A stretch of DNA of 64,000 nucleotides, taken from NCBI GenBank assembly GCA_963662435.1, contig OY759598.1, positions 962,507 to 1,026,506 of the forward strand, written 5' to 3'. This stretch comes from Dehalococcoidia bacterium (GTDB taxonomy: Bacteria > Chloroflexota > Dehalococcoidia > Lucifugimonadales > VXLM01). This document shows, in pieces, positions 19,773-30,134 of the stretch. Made by a program: the position numbers and the translations under genes. Every line of letters starts with the position of its first letter. The stretch's first letter is position 1. Under the pieces are notes generated by a model. That model searched no databases. It saw only the letters and a list, made by a program, of their open reading frames with translations, and was not told the DNA's origin.

Positions 19773-21407
19773 TCACTGCTTGTCTCCCAAGAGGTTGATA
19801 ACGATCCAGGCCTGTATTCCGGCGACGAGTACGAGAACGAGGCAGTAGGGGATAGTCTTCATGAGAACCTCGCGCTCTCTCCCTCCGAGTCCGACGACTG
19901 CGGTGCCGGCCATGACTTTCGACATTGCGACTGACGAACCCAAAGAGCCTCCTATCGACTGAGCGGCAGCGATGGTGACTAGCCCTATGCCCAGCGCTGC
20001 AGCCGTTTCCACCTGGAGCGCTCCGAACATGGCGTTGGAATTGGTGTTGCTGCCCGTCATGAAGGCCCCGAGTACGCCGATGAACGGTGAGAATATCGGG
20101 AAGAGGGTGCCCGTCCCCTTTGCGATCGCAGAACCGAGCAGGGCCGTCATGCCCGAGTCCGTCATCACCAAAGCCATCATCACCATGGTGGCTACTCCGA
20201 CGCTGTTCGATATGACCTGCTCGTAGGTCTTGCGGGCTGCGGGCAGAAGAATGTCTGGTCTCCACAGGCCACGTACCCTGTACACCGCGTAGGCGATCAA
20301 CAGCGACGCCACTATCAACGGAGCCGGATGGTTCAGGAGCCTGATTTTCGCGTAGCCGTCGCGCCCTTCGGCGGCAAATCCGAGACCAGTTTCAATTGGA
20401 GGATAGTCGAGTCCGAAATACAGGCTCGACCCCAGTTCGCGGACCGCAGGCAGCTGTGATAGCAGGCTGAGACCGAACAGCAGATAGTAGGGCAAGAAGG
20501 CTGTGTGGAAGCCGATGCCACCGGGCTTCTCGCTGTGTTGCCCCACAGCTGGCTCGGGACCGTTTTTCTCGCCGTGAAGTCCAAAGATGGGCAATCGCGA
20601 GATCCACCATCCGACAGCACAACCGGTGAGACCGCCTACGACCGAGGCTACCTGATATGCTCCGAGGAAAGCGGTGATCCAGAGTCCGAGCGCCATGCAC
20701 GAGCCCATGAGCAGGATGGCGAACGCCCCTCGCCTCACGGAGGCGAAGCCGCCCTGGAGGTGCGCGACCGCGAATCCCGTGAGGATCGTGGGGATGGCGA
20801 ACATCGCAGCCATTTGTACGCCGAGCGTTCTCTCGTCGAGTCCACTCACCAACTGAATGGTGTAGTAGGACGAACCAAGTGAACCGAAGGTGACCGCCCA
20901 TGCGTGTCCGACAAGCGTTATGGCAACCGCCGTCGCCGGACGAAAGCCGATCATCACCATGAACGGGGCAACAACGGCTATCGGAAGGCCAAAGCCGGCG
21001 ACTCCCTGGATCAGCCCTGAGAATGCCCAGCCTACCACGAGGGCCTGCGCCAGTGGGTCTCGGACGAGCCCGGTGATGGTCGTGCCAATAACAGAGATGC
21101 CATCGATCCTCTCGATGACGTTGTACAGCATCACCGAAGTCCAGATGATGGTCAGAACGAAAAGGCTGAGGCTCAGTCCCTTCGAGCTGCTGATCGCCAA
21201 AACGTTCTCATCGGCGCCAAAGACGAGCAGGGCAAGTCCCGCTGCGGCAAGCCAGGACACCGCGCCCGCCTTCGGGGCGCTCCACTTGAGCGCCGAGAGG
21301 AGCATCGTGACAATGAGGATGGCTATGGGAACGGCGGCGAGAACGACGTTTAGGACATTCAGTTCCGGGCCGTTTGAGGGCACGTGAGGTAGTGCTCCGT
21401 TTCCCAA
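19773..21407 (-). CDS. lctP: L-lactate permease family transporter
   Basis: Multi-TM; QGVAGFGLP, TFGSLG, GAFMTGSNTNSNAMFGALQ. Start codon uncertain. Confidence 0.85.
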   Translation of the reverse strand: MGNGALPHVPSNGPELNVLNVVLAAVPIAILIVTMLLSALKWSAPKAGAVSWLAAAGLALLVFGADENVLAISSSKGLSLSLFVLTIIWTSVMLYNVIERIDGISVIGTTITGLVRDPLAQALVVGWAFSGLIQGVAGFGLPIAVVAPFMVMIGFRPATAVAITLVGHAWAVTFGSLGSSYYTIQLVSGLDERTLGVQMAAMFAIPTILTGFAVAHLQGGFASVRRGAFAILLMGSCMALGLWITAFLGAYQVASVVGGLTGCAVGWWISRLPIFGLHGEKNGPEPAVGQHSEKPGGIGFHTAFLPYYLLFGLSLLSQLPAVRELGSSLYFGLDYPPIETGLGFAAEGRDGYAKIRLLNHPAPLIVASLLIAYAVYRVRGLWRPDILLPAARKTYEQVISNSVGVATMVMMALVMTDSGMTALLGSAIAKGTGTLFPIFSPFIGVLGAFMTGSNTNSNAMFGALQVETAAALGIGLVTIAAAQSIGGSLGSSVAMSKVMAGTAVVGLGGREREVLMKTIPYCLVLVLVAGIQAWIVINLLGDKQ

Positions 21408-21422
21408 GCGGGGAGTGGTCGG

Positions 21423-21451
21423 ATTGTAGTGAGGGGTTGAAAGGGTGTCAA
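21423..21451 (-). promoter_or_regulatory. Sigma70-type promoter of the lactate permease operon
   Basis: Minus strand TTGACA-N17-TACAAT. Confidence 0.8.
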
Positions 21452-21479
21452 CTTGGACAGACGGCCCGCAGATTTTGCG

Positions 21480-23159
21480 CTAGAGCGGGGTTCCCGCCGA
21501 ACTACCCAACATTGCCTCGCGTACCAGGGGAATCGGAGGAGCGCCGTACGACAACAGTTCGTCGTGGAATTCCTTGTAGTGGAAGTCCGAACCCTTTGCG
21601 TCCCTGTACTCGTCCCGCAGCTGCATAATTAGTAGCTTGCCCAGGGTGTAGTTCAAGTACATGGGGTCAAAGGTCCCCCGAATGGCCTCGCGCTCGGCAG
21701 GCAGCGGTTCGAGATACGCCTGCTCCATGAAGAAACGTTTAGCCTCATGGACAGTCATGCCTTGCGTGTGCATGCGGATCGAGCAAAGGAACCGGCAATT
21801 TCTCAGCAACGCGTCCATGAGCTGCATGACATGGACACGCTTGTCGTTCGATCCGAATCCCTGCTCGATCATCATCTCTTCGGTGTAGTGTGCCCAGCCC
21901 TCCGAGAACGAATACGCTCCAAAGAGCAGGCTGATCTTTGACGAGGCGTTCTTGGAGTGAAGGTGATGGACGAAGTGACCGGGGTAGGCCTCGTGCACTG
22001 TAACGTTCCTCAGCAGGGGATAGTTGAAGCTCGTGAGCCACTCGTCCTTTTGAGCGTCTGTCCACCCTGCATCGACTGGCGTAACGTAGTAGTACGCCTC
22101 ATCGGCAACCGACTCGAACACCCCCGGCAAATCCATCGCGGCGAAGGCCCATCGCATGAAGGCGGGAGTTTCCATCACGATGCATGGCGCCGCTGAGGGA
22201 ATCGAGACCAGATCATTCTCCATCACAAAGTCACGAACGTCTACGAGGGTACCCCTCGTTTCGGCGGTGAGCATCGAGGCGGCCGGGTGGTTTTTCTTGG
22301 TCTCCTGCAGCAGCGAAGCGACGTCACCATTGGGCGAAATGTCCGCCGCGAGCTTGCGGAGATGGATGAGGTTTCGGTGAAGGTCCTGTTCTCCAATGCG
22401 TTCGAGATAGTCGATAGGCAGATCGACCATTTCACCGTGCTCAAGCAGCCAGCGGAAGTGTGTCGACCCAATGGCGAAATCAGGAGGCGATGTTTCGAGC
22501 ATAGTCCTCAGGTGGTCCACGAAGGACTGCACGGCGAGGGAGGCGGCACTGCGAGCTCTATCGAAGTGTGTAAATGTCGTTCCGTCGACGAGTTTCGCCA
22601 CGTGGCCCGCGAGGTCGGTGTCGTAGAAGCTTCTCATGCCCTCATAGGCTTCGATGCTCGCCTCGATGACCGGCCTGCCGACGTCGGGGGCGAGGCCACC
22701 TTGCAGCGCCTCAAGGAAGCCAGGGACTTTCGCAAGTGCCCCCGTAAGTCCCTCGATCCTATCGTCAGCAGGCGCGTAGTCCCGCAGGACGTAGTTGCTC
22801 ACGTCGATGTGGTAGAGCGCGTCCATCGGCCATCGACTGTAGGCTTCCAGTTCGGCCAGACGGAATTTCTCCCCACGAACCGCCGAGGTGAGGATCCTTC
22901 GGTCGAATCTGCGATTCTCTGAGAGCAGGCTGTCTGAGAACCTGTGCAGCTCTACGAGCTGGGTCTCCAAATCCCTCACGCGCGCGGTGACTGACGTTGC
23001 GGAGATGTCCGTCATCCCACCGTCGTAGTCGTGCAGACCTTCTCTTGACGCCCTGTCGGGATAGAATCGCCAGGTTGCGTTCAGGATTCGCCCCGCGATG
23101 TCATCAAATTCTTGTTCTGCTGAAGAAATCATAGGTGAGGCGCTAGGCGAATCGTTCAA
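21480..23159 (-). CDS. DUF885 family protein (putative metallopeptidase-like)
   Basis: HEAYPGH, FSEGWAHYTE, YTLGKL.I..LR. Confidence 0.88.
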   Translation of the reverse strand: MNDSPSASPMISSAEQEFDDIAGRILNATWRFYPDRASREGLHDYDGGMTDISATSVTARVRDLETQLVELHRFSDSLLSENRRFDRRILTSAVRGEKFRLAELEAYSRWPMDALYHIDVSNYVLRDYAPADDRIEGLTGALAKVPGFLEALQGGLAPDVGRPVIEASIEAYEGMRSFYDTDLAGHVAKLVDGTTFTHFDRARSAASLAVQSFVDHLRTMLETSPPDFAIGSTHFRWLLEHGEMVDLPIDYLERIGEQDLHRNLIHLRKLAADISPNGDVASLLQETKKNHPAASMLTAETRGTLVDVRDFVMENDLVSIPSAAPCIVMETPAFMRWAFAAMDLPGVFESVADEAYYYVTPVDAGWTDAQKDEWLTSFNYPLLRNVTVHEAYPGHFVHHLHSKNASSKISLLFGAYSFSEGWAHYTEEMMIEQGFGSNDKRVHVMQLMDALLRNCRFLCSIRMHTQGMTVHEAKRFFMEQAYLEPLPAEREAIRGTFDPMYLNYTLGKLLIMQLRDEYRDAKGSDFHYKEFHDELLSYGAPPIPLVREAMLGSSAGTPL

Positions 23160-24258
23160 GTGTCAGGCCGTCTATAGGCGCGCTGAGAGGCATTCCAAGG
23201 ACGAGGTCCGCGGTGACCTTCCCCGTGCCGGGACCGAGATAGATTCCCTGACGTCCCCCGCCTGTCGCCAGGAAGACACCCTCCCAGCCGGGCACGGGAC
23301 CAAGCAGCAACGCCCTGTCCGGGGTCATGGGGCGGAGGCAAGCCGTCTGCATCACGAGCCGCGCGTCGGCGATGTAGGGGAGCATATGAGTTGCGGAGCG
23401 CATGATTGCCGCTCTAGCTTCATCGGTCGTGGAATCATCGAATCCTTCTTCCTCTTCGGTCGTTCCCGACCATATGAGTCCGTCGGGCTTCGAGGTGGCG
23501 TACTGAGACGCCCATGAAATAGACGCGGGAATCGGCGGTCCGGGCGCCCACATTCGCAGAATCTGGCCCTTGAGTGGTTCAATGGGTATGTTGACGCCGA
23601 GCCATTCGGAAGCGCTATCCATCCATGGACCTGCAGCAAGCACGACTCGCTCCGAATGAATCGTGCCATCGGCGAGGTTCACTCCGGTCACCTGCTTGTC
23701 GCTACTGCGCAGGCCCGTAACGGTGCCCATGCGGATGGTCATTCCCTGACGCTCCGCGAGTCGCGCCAACGCCATAGTGAGGCGTTGAGGGTGAAGGTAG
23801 GTATTGTCTTCGGTAATGACGGCTCCAATGATAGCGGGATTGATCCTTGGCTCAATATTCAGCACTTCGGAAGAGGAGGCCCAGCGAGTTGGGGTGCCGA
23901 CCTCCCGCTCCTGCCACGCCATGTTGGACCTTGCGGCCGCGGCCTCATCGTCCGTGAAGGCCAGCGAAATGACCGGCTTCGTACGGTATTCGACGTCTAT
24001 GTCGTCTTGGTCAGACAGAGTGTCCTTCAACTCCGCGTGAAGCACCGCGCTCAATGCGGCAAGATGATGATTGGCATCCGGGGTGCCGCTGCGGCCGAGG
24101 TGTCCTATGCCTCCATAGGCGAATCCGGAAGCATGACCGGCAACGTGGTCTCGCTCCACGACCACGCAGGAAGCGCCTTGGCGCGTCAGGTAGTACGCGG
24201 TGGCGATACCGGCCATTCCGCCTCCTACGATCACAACGTCCGTACTGTCCGACGTCAT
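23143..24258 (-). CDS. FAD-dependent oxidoreductase (glycine oxidase/DAO family)
   Basis: IVGGGMAG, LAAGPW, PLKGQI, CLRPMTPD, ATGGGRQGI. Confidence 0.88.
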   Translation of the reverse strand: MTSDSTDVVIVGGGMAGIATAYYLTRQGASCVVVERDHVAGHASGFAYGGIGHLGRSGTPDANHHLAALSAVLHAELKDTLSDQDDIDVEYRTKPVISLAFTDDEAAAARSNMAWQEREVGTPTRWASSSEVLNIEPRINPAIIGAVITEDNTYLHPQRLTMALARLAERQGMTIRMGTVTGLRSSDKQVTGVNLADGTIHSERVVLAAGPWMDSASEWLGVNIPIEPLKGQILRMWAPGPPIPASISWASQYATSKPDGLIWSGTTEEEEGFDDSTTDEARAAIMRSATHMLPYIADARLVMQTACLRPMTPDRALLLGPVPGWEGVFLATGGGRQGIYLGPGTGKVTADLVLGMPLSAPIDGLTLERFA

Positions 24259-24362
24259 CTCATTGCCTCCAAAACGCTACTGTCAGAATTGTGACACAGA
24301 ATGTAAGGGGTCGCACAGCCCAAGCACGATGCAAGAGGGAATAGCGTCGACTACGGCAAGAG

Positions 24363-25589
24363 TCAATCGCAGGTGTCTTGCCACTCGGCCAGCGTAATCA
24401 CAGCCGTAGCAGGGTCGCCGTTGCGGATGAGGTCGAGGGTGACTTTGTCTCCCACATCAAGTTCATTCAGGTAGGAAAGAAGGTCAGGTAGAGTTGCAAC
24501 CGGATTGCCATCCACCTTGGTGATGATATCCGCCCGTCCGCTAATCAGTCGTGTCATTATCACGGAGAGATAGTCGTCCTTTATGCCGGCTAGGTCGGCA
24601 GGCCCCCCCTCGCAGACGTTTATGACATAGATGCCTGAGTCAGCGGCCAGTCGGCTGGGATCCACCTGCATTTCCTCAATGCCCCGACCGGTGAGCCCCA
24701 GCCACGGGCGGGTGAACTCGCCCGGTTCCTTGAGCCTTTCCAGGATCTGCACTACGGTGTTGCTCGCTACCGCGAACCCCACACCGGTCTGGACTCCGCT
24801 CTGGACCCTAACCGACGAGTTGACCCCAATCACCTCTCCCTGGGCGTTCAACAATGGACCGCCGGAGTTGCCCGGATTCAGTGCGGCATCGGTCTGGATC
24901 ATGTCTACTATGTAACGTCCGCCAATTTCACCGAATCTTGATTCAGAGCGCTGAATACCCGTTTCGGACCGCCCCAGACCACTGACGACTCCAACACTTA
25001 TGGAGTTGAAATTCTCGTATGGGCTACCGATCGCAATTGCCATTTCACCGGGGGAGACTTCAGTAGAATCGGCGAACACCAAAGGGCGGACGTCGGAGAT
25101 TGCGTCAGGATCGACTCGCAACACGGCGAGATCGTCGTGTTGAGAATGTCCCAGTTTTACGGCGGAAAACTCACGTCCGTCGTTCAACCGAACGGTGATT
25201 TCCCTAGCCCCTTCAACAACGTGATCGCTGGTAATGATGTGGCCCTCGTCATCGACGAAAAACCCGGAGCCGGACCCCTCGCCGATAGTCCGGCCGACTT
25301 GAATGATCGTTTTAACCTCAACGATAGAAGGGGAGGCCGAATCAAAGACAGTCTTCACCAGATCTTCGTCATACAGCGGAGGCAAATCACTCCCATCCTC
25401 TTGCATGAGAGTAGTAAAAAGAATCCATGCGAACCCGAACCCCACCGCCATGCCCGCCAAACCCAGTAGGAGCGCAGGAGTGGCCCACCTGTACCTGGCC
25501 AGTACGGGAAGGGGAGCTTGGATTGAGACGCCCGCCGATTGCTCGGCAAAAGGCGGTTTCCCATAGGGAAACGGTCTGCGGGTGTACAC
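24363..25589 (-). CDS. htrA: HtrA/DegP-like trypsin serine protease with PDZ domain
   Basis: TM anchor, GSGSGF, TSDHVV, DLAVL, QTDAALNPGNSGGPL, C-terminal PDZ. Start uncertain. Confidence 0.9.
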   Translation of the reverse strand: MYTRRPFPYGKPPFAEQSAGVSIQAPLPVLARYRWATPALLLGLAGMAVGFGFAWILFTTLMQEDGSDLPPLYDEDLVKTVFDSASPSIVEVKTIIQVGRTIGEGSGSGFFVDDEGHIITSDHVVEGAREITVRLNDGREFSAVKLGHSQHDDLAVLRVDPDAISDVRPLVFADSTEVSPGEMAIAIGSPYENFNSISVGVVSGLGRSETGIQRSESRFGEIGGRYIVDMIQTDAALNPGNSGGPLLNAQGEVIGVNSSVRVQSGVQTGVGFAVASNTVVQILERLKEPGEFTRPWLGLTGRGIEEMQVDPSRLAADSGIYVINVCEGGPADLAGIKDDYLSVIMTRLISGRADIITKVDGNPVATLPDLLSYLNELDVGDKVTLDLIRNGDPATAVITLAEWQDTCD

Positions 25590-25876
25590 TATTCCTCTTA
25601 CACCTCACTCATCGTTACGGTACGGTTCACTATTCTGCTAAGTATACTCAACGGACGGTGAGTTACTCCACAGCGGTTGGTGATCCGGCATGCCCATCAA
25701 AGGCCAACCGGCTCACCTTATCAGCGTATAACGTGTCCATGCCATTCTGGTTAGAGGCAGTGCGTCGGCGGGCCTACGACGGCAGCAGGAAATCAAGCTG
25801 CAAAAGCCCCGCACAAGTCGTCCACACTCACCAAAAAACGACTCAGATGCACCGGGTCTCAAGTTCACCGCTGGGG

Positions 25877-25906
25877 TTGACAGAGTGCATGAGTTCGAAA
25901 TAGTAT
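25877..25906 (+). promoter_or_regulatory. Sigma70-type promoter upstream of HU
   Basis: TTGACA-N18-TAGTAT. Confidence 0.6.
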
Positions 25907-25984
25907 CCCCTGCTAGGCTGGCACAGTGAAAAGCCACTTCGCAGACAGAATTTCAAAGGGAACTCGGAAGGAGGACGGCACCAA

Positions 25985-26275
25985 ATGGCAGACCTTCGCA
26001 AAGGTGACATTGCGGCACAAGTTGCCGGTAAGCTTGGGGGATCGAAAGTAGAAGGCGAGCGGGCATTGAATGCCGTGTTAGGCGCCATTCATGAATCGCT
26101 GGCCGATGGCAACAAGGTGGTTCTCACAGGATTCGGATCGTTCTCCGTCCGTGAAGTCAAGGCCCGGAAGGTCAAGCCCATTCGAGGGGGACAGGCCGGT
26201 CAGCTCATAACCGTTCCGGCCCACAAGCGAGTTGGATTCACCGCAGGAGCCGACCTGAACAAGGCTGCAGAATAA
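25985..26275 (+). CDS. hup: HU family DNA-binding protein
   Basis: KVVLTGFGSFSV...ITVPAHKRVGFTAGADL; GGAGG RBS. Confidence 0.9.
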   Translation: MADLRKGDIAAQVAGKLGGSKVEGERALNAVLGAIHESLADGNKVVLTGFGSFSVREVKARKVKPIRGGQAGQLITVPAHKRVGFTAGADLNKAAE

Positions 26276-26702
26276 CTCCTGCCTGGACATATTTGGGCTG
26301 AGGCACTCGAGTTCACTCGAGATGGGTTGGCGTTTGATATCGTCTGATGAGGGAATCAATTTGGGATGAAAGTTCCCCAGTGGCTTCCTAAATCCATAGG
26401 AGCTTTGACCCAATACGGTCAATAGACGGTGTTCGGTTCCATTCGCAGGCAGAAGATGATTGGTCACCTGGGTCCCAGTGGAGCGGACGAGGCAACGTTC
26501 CTGGGGTACCTCCGACACTTGTATATTCCGATAGCGGTGGCGTGACATCGGCGGACAGCCGGTACCCAGCAAAAGCAGCTCGCTCCGAAAGTTCATTCGC
26601 GTTGGCCCATAGGAAATGGCGCTCCGCAACGAGCCTTCGGCCACGGGCAACCTCAGTCGAGAGGCCACGTCATTGAGACGTCATTGGCTCTGTCAGCCAC
26701 CT

Positions 26703-27380
26703 ATGCGCAAAATGCGATTCATACATGAATGGGCAGTGTTGTCGGTGCTGCTGACCGGCGTTGCCGTATTGTTGGCATGTTCGACGGATATTGCAGACAC
26801 ACCGTCCGTAACGGCAACGATAGAACCCACTTCGATACCGACTCCACCGGCGCCTTCACCTACTCCAAATCCCACTTCAACGCCTACTTCCAGGCCCACC
26901 CCAACGCCTGTTGAACCGGTTTCCCACTCGATACCGGCTCCGAGCCTGATCATGCTTCAAGACCCTCTCGACGAACCAGAGTTCTACTGCGTTGATGTCG
27001 CCGGATTCGGTGCGAGTTTGAACTTGAGCAGTCCGCTCCAAGCTCACACCTGCAAGCCGGGAGCAGACGACGAGATGTTCGCGTTCAATCGACCATCACG
27101 AGGGCAGCTTCACCTGGTCGAGCATGACCTGTGTGTCGAGGTGGATGACACAATGGTATACGTAAGGCAGTGCTCCGACTCTCCCATGCAAGTCTTTACC
27201 TATGGCGAGGACAAGACATTGAGTCTCGAGACCGGCGACTCCTGCCTCGTCGTTGCGGGAGGGGAAGGGCAGCCTGCCGGGGGGCGCAGTCATCTCAGGC
27301 GTGATCTGCATGTGATGCCGTGTACTGACGTAGGCCAGAGTCTTTCTCAATGGGTCTTTCCGGTCCCTCGCCCGAACTAG
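26703..27380 (+). CDS. Lipoprotein with Pro/Thr-rich linker and ricin-B-like (beta-trefoil) domain
   Basis: Lipobox VLLAC, PTSIPTPPAPSPTPNPTSTPT linker, YCVDV, LCVEV, QVF and QWV ricin-like motifs. ORF track starts at 26616. Confidence 0.65.
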   Translation: MRKMRFIHEWAVLSVLLTGVAVLLACSTDIADTPSVTATIEPTSIPTPPAPSPTPNPTSTPTSRPTPTPVEPVSHSIPAPSLIMLQDPLDEPEFYCVDVAGFGASLNLSSPLQAHTCKPGADDEMFAFNRPSRGQLHLVEHDLCVEVDDTMVYVRQCSDSPMQVFTYGEDKTLSLETGDSCLVVAGGEGQPAGGRSHLRRDLHVMPCTDVGQSLSQWVFPVPRPN

Positions 27381-27654
27381 CAGACTGCCTTCATGGTTGG
27401 TTTTCGAATCGAAAACCATCAGGGCATGCAGGCACTTCAAGCCGGCGGTTGCTTGCTATGCCAGCGTCCTGCTATCGACATAGGCCAAGTGTGAGATGGT
27501 CTTCCGTTCCCTTCCGCCGAGTTGGTGTTGAGTCCCGTCGACAGATCCAACGTAGAGTTAATGACGTATCATCCAGAGTGGCGTTTACGTGATGGGTGCT
27601 CTTGGATGTAACATAGGGGCCGGGGAGCGCATACCATAGGGAGGAGAATAAAGC

Positions 27655-28119
27655 ATGAAATGGATCGGAGCGTCGGCCGAGGTAGTAGTGGACCATCCAG
27701 TGGAGGCCGTCTGGGAGTTCGTGTCGAATATCGAGAACTTCGGAAGATGGGTGGATGCTGTGCAGAATCCGAGATGGACATCGGAGGGCGAACGAGGGGC
27801 GGGTTCGACGTATGAGAGCGAGTACCTTTGGTCGGGAAAGACCAGTCATGTCGCATACGAGGTGACGATATTCGAGCCGCCATCGAAGTTTGCCTCCCGA
27901 ACGACTGAGGGTCGGTTTCCCTACCAGGGGACGACTACGATTGAAGCGGTGGAGGGCGGCACAAGGGTCACGCACGACATGATGGCAGGTTCGGACGGGG
28001 CCGTCACGGCGTTCATGTTCACGTATCTTCGTGGACTTCTGCGTCCGATGATGCGGAAGAGGTTGAAGGCAGAGCTAGAGGTTATGGACGCGGAGATTGG
28101 GAAGGACGCCGGGTCTTAG
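27655..28119 (+). CDS. SRPBCC (polyketide cyclase/START-like) family protein
   Basis: VVDHPVEAVWEFVSNIEN..RW, YEVTIFEPP, GGTRVT. Confidence 0.85.
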   Translation: MKWIGASAEVVVDHPVEAVWEFVSNIENFGRWVDAVQNPRWTSEGERGAGSTYESEYLWSGKTSHVAYEVTIFEPPSKFASRTTEGRFPYQGTTTIEAVEGGTRVTHDMMAGSDGAVTAFMFTYLRGLLRPMMRKRLKAELEVMDAEIGKDAGS

Positions 28120-28174
28120 CGTGCGGGAGCTACCCTCACCGTGGCCCTCTCCCACAACGAGTTAGGGAATTAGG

Positions 28175-29047
28175 CTAATGAGCCGGAGATGGGGCTACTC
28201 CGACGGCGTCCAGGCGCCGCTTGGCCTCGGCGTACACGTCATCGGGCAGGGGGCCACATTGCATCGCGTCGATGTTTTCCTGCAGGTGAGCGGGACTCGT
28301 GGTGCCCACGAGGTTGCAGTGGGCGGACGGATGATTCGCCACGAATCGAAGGATGAACGCCGTGCGGCTCTCTCCTTCCTCTCGCAATTCATCCAATCCC
28401 GCATCTTCGAACGCCTGCCACTCCGAGGTGCTTCCCTTGCCGACGCCCGGTTCGCCGAGCGCGACGCCGCCCCTGATGAGAATGCCCGCGCCTGACTCTG
28501 CCGCCTTCGTTATCCACTCCTCGTGGGTCCGGTCGAGGGCAGAGTAGGGGAGTTGGAAGATGTCGAATACGTCCCATTCAATCAAGGTTGGCAGGTCAGG
28601 CAGGTTCGTCGACGTGCCGATCCAGTTGACCATTCTCTGCTCTCGCATCTCCAGCAGCGCGTCAACGGCGCCGTTCTCCTCGAATTCGCGAACGCTCCCT
28701 CCGTGTGTCTGCATTATGTCGATGCAGTCGGTCTGCAGGCGTTTCAAGCTTTCCTCGAGCCCGCGGAAGAGGTTGTCACGATTCCAAATGTGGCCGTTCG
28801 GAGAGCAGCCGCACTTGGTGGAAACGGTCACCTCAGAGTATCTATCGGAAATAGCGAGGCCGATCATCTCCTCGCTGTTGCCGTAGTCGTTGGCCGTGTC
28901 GATCAGGGTAATGCCCGAATCGACGACGCGTTGCACCATGGCCTGGTTTTGCTGTTCCGTCATCGGTTTTCGATGCCCCGCGCCGTAGCCAAGCCGCGTT
29001 ACTTCGATGCCGGTCCGTCCGAGCACTGCCGTTGGGAGCTTGTTCAT
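28175..29047 (-). CDS. Aldo/keto reductase
   Basis: [29 protein letters not shown]. Confidence 0.9.
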   Translation of the reverse strand: MNKLPTAVLGRTGIEVTRLGYGAGHRKPMTEQQNQAMVQRVVDSGITLIDTANDYGNSEEMIGLAISDRYSEVTVSTKCGCSPNGHIWNRDNLFRGLEESLKRLQTDCIDIMQTHGGSVREFEENGAVDALLEMREQRMVNWIGTSTNLPDLPTLIEWDVFDIFQLPYSALDRTHEEWITKAAESGAGILIRGGVALGEPGVGKGSTSEWQAFEDAGLDELREEGESRTAFILRFVANHPSAHCNLVGTTSPAHLQENIDAMQCGPLPDDVYAEAKRRLDAVGVAPSPAH

Positions 29048-29949
29048 GAGGCCTCCTCAGGACTCGATAGAGCCATCTCTGCCAGTGCGAAAGCTCCGGC
29101 TATGCCGGAATCGTCGCCGAGCGAGGGTGGCACGATGTAGTCGTCGATGTTGTTCACGATCTCATTCGTCACGCTGTAACCGTGCAGCAACTCTACCACG
29201 CGTCCGCGAATCATCGGGAAGAGGTGGCGCTGCTCCATAACTCCTCCCCCTAAGATGATCCGCTGGGGTGACACAATAAGCACGATGTTTGCGACACCGG
29301 CGGCCAGGTATTCCGCCTCCAGGGGCCACGCCGGATGGTCTTCGGACAGCGACTCACCCGGGATTCCCCACCGCAGTTCGATTGCCGGGCCGGCCGCGAG
29401 GCCCTCAAAGCAGTCTCCGTGATAGGGGCAGAATCCCTCGAATGGGTCGGCTGAGCGGTCATGGGGGATGCGGACGTGTCCCATCTCCGGGTGACTCGCC
29501 CCGTGTACGGGGCGCCCGTCGACGACTGCGCCGCCGCCGATGCCGGTTCCGACGGTGATGTAAACGAGGCTGTCGAGTCCAGCGCCCGCGCCCCGCCGCT
29601 GTTCTCCAAGGGCGGACGCGTTTACGTCAGTGTCCAGCGCAAGGGGCAGGTCGAGTGTCTGCCGAATTGGACCGAGCAAATCTGTTTGCGGCCAGCCCGG
29701 TTTCGGGGTGTCCAAGACGTACCCGTAGGTAGGAGATTCGTAATGCAGATCGAGCGGTCCGAACGAGCCGACGCCAATGGCCGCGAGGGGAGTCTGCCGG
29801 TGATGTTGGAGGAGAAAGGCGTTGACCTCCGCCAGTGTCTCAGCGGGCGTGGTCGTGGGGATGCGGGTGCGGTCGCGAATGTCGTCCGGCCCTGTGCCGA
29901 TGGCACAGATGACCTTGCTGCCGCCTGTCTCTATTGCGCCGAATAGCAT
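29044..29949 (-). CDS. ROK family sugar kinase (fructokinase-like)
   Basis: [39 protein letters not shown]. Confidence 0.9.
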   Translation of the reverse strand: MLFGAIETGGSKVICAIGTGPDDIRDRTRIPTTTPAETLAEVNAFLLQHHRQTPLAAIGVGSFGPLDLHYESPTYGYVLDTPKPGWPQTDLLGPIRQTLDLPLALDTDVNASALGEQRRGAGAGLDSLVYITVGTGIGGGAVVDGRPVHGASHPEMGHVRIPHDRSADPFEGFCPYHGDCFEGLAAGPAIELRWGIPGESLSEDHPAWPLEAEYLAAGVANIVLIVSPQRIILGGGVMEQRHLFPMIRGRVVELLHGYSVTNEIVNNIDDYIVPPSLGDDSGIAGAFALAEMALSSPEEAS

Positions 29950-30105
29950 GTGTGTGAGTGTTGCCTAGAGACGACTAGAGGGAGCTTGTGAATTAACGAT
30001 GACCTGTGAATGTGTCTGCTTTCGTGGGACATTCTGGGACATTTCGTAACATCCGCTAGCGCAGACGGACGGGGAGAACCGGCCCGTTACAGCTATCCCG
30101 CCCTT

Positions 30106-30134
30106 ATGTTAGAGCATGTGTTCTTGACGGTCAA
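30106..30134 (-). promoter_or_regulatory. Sigma70-type promoter overlapped by a LexA-like box
   Basis: Minus strand TTGACC-N17-TAACAT; AGAACACATGCTCT (30111-30124) is one mismatch from AGAAC-N4-GTTCT. Confidence 0.55.

Noticed and set aside
23143..24258. thiO assignment
   Set aside because: No thiS or thiG nearby, so only the family is supportable.
26343..26378. Hammerhead-like CTGATGA...GAAA
   Set aside because: The bases between the two motifs cannot form stem II, and no stem I/III with a cleavage triplet is evident.
28131..28170. CCCTCACC...CCCTCTCCC motif as a separate element
   Set aside because: Probably a decayed REP-like palindrome between convergent genes, too degenerate to support a call.
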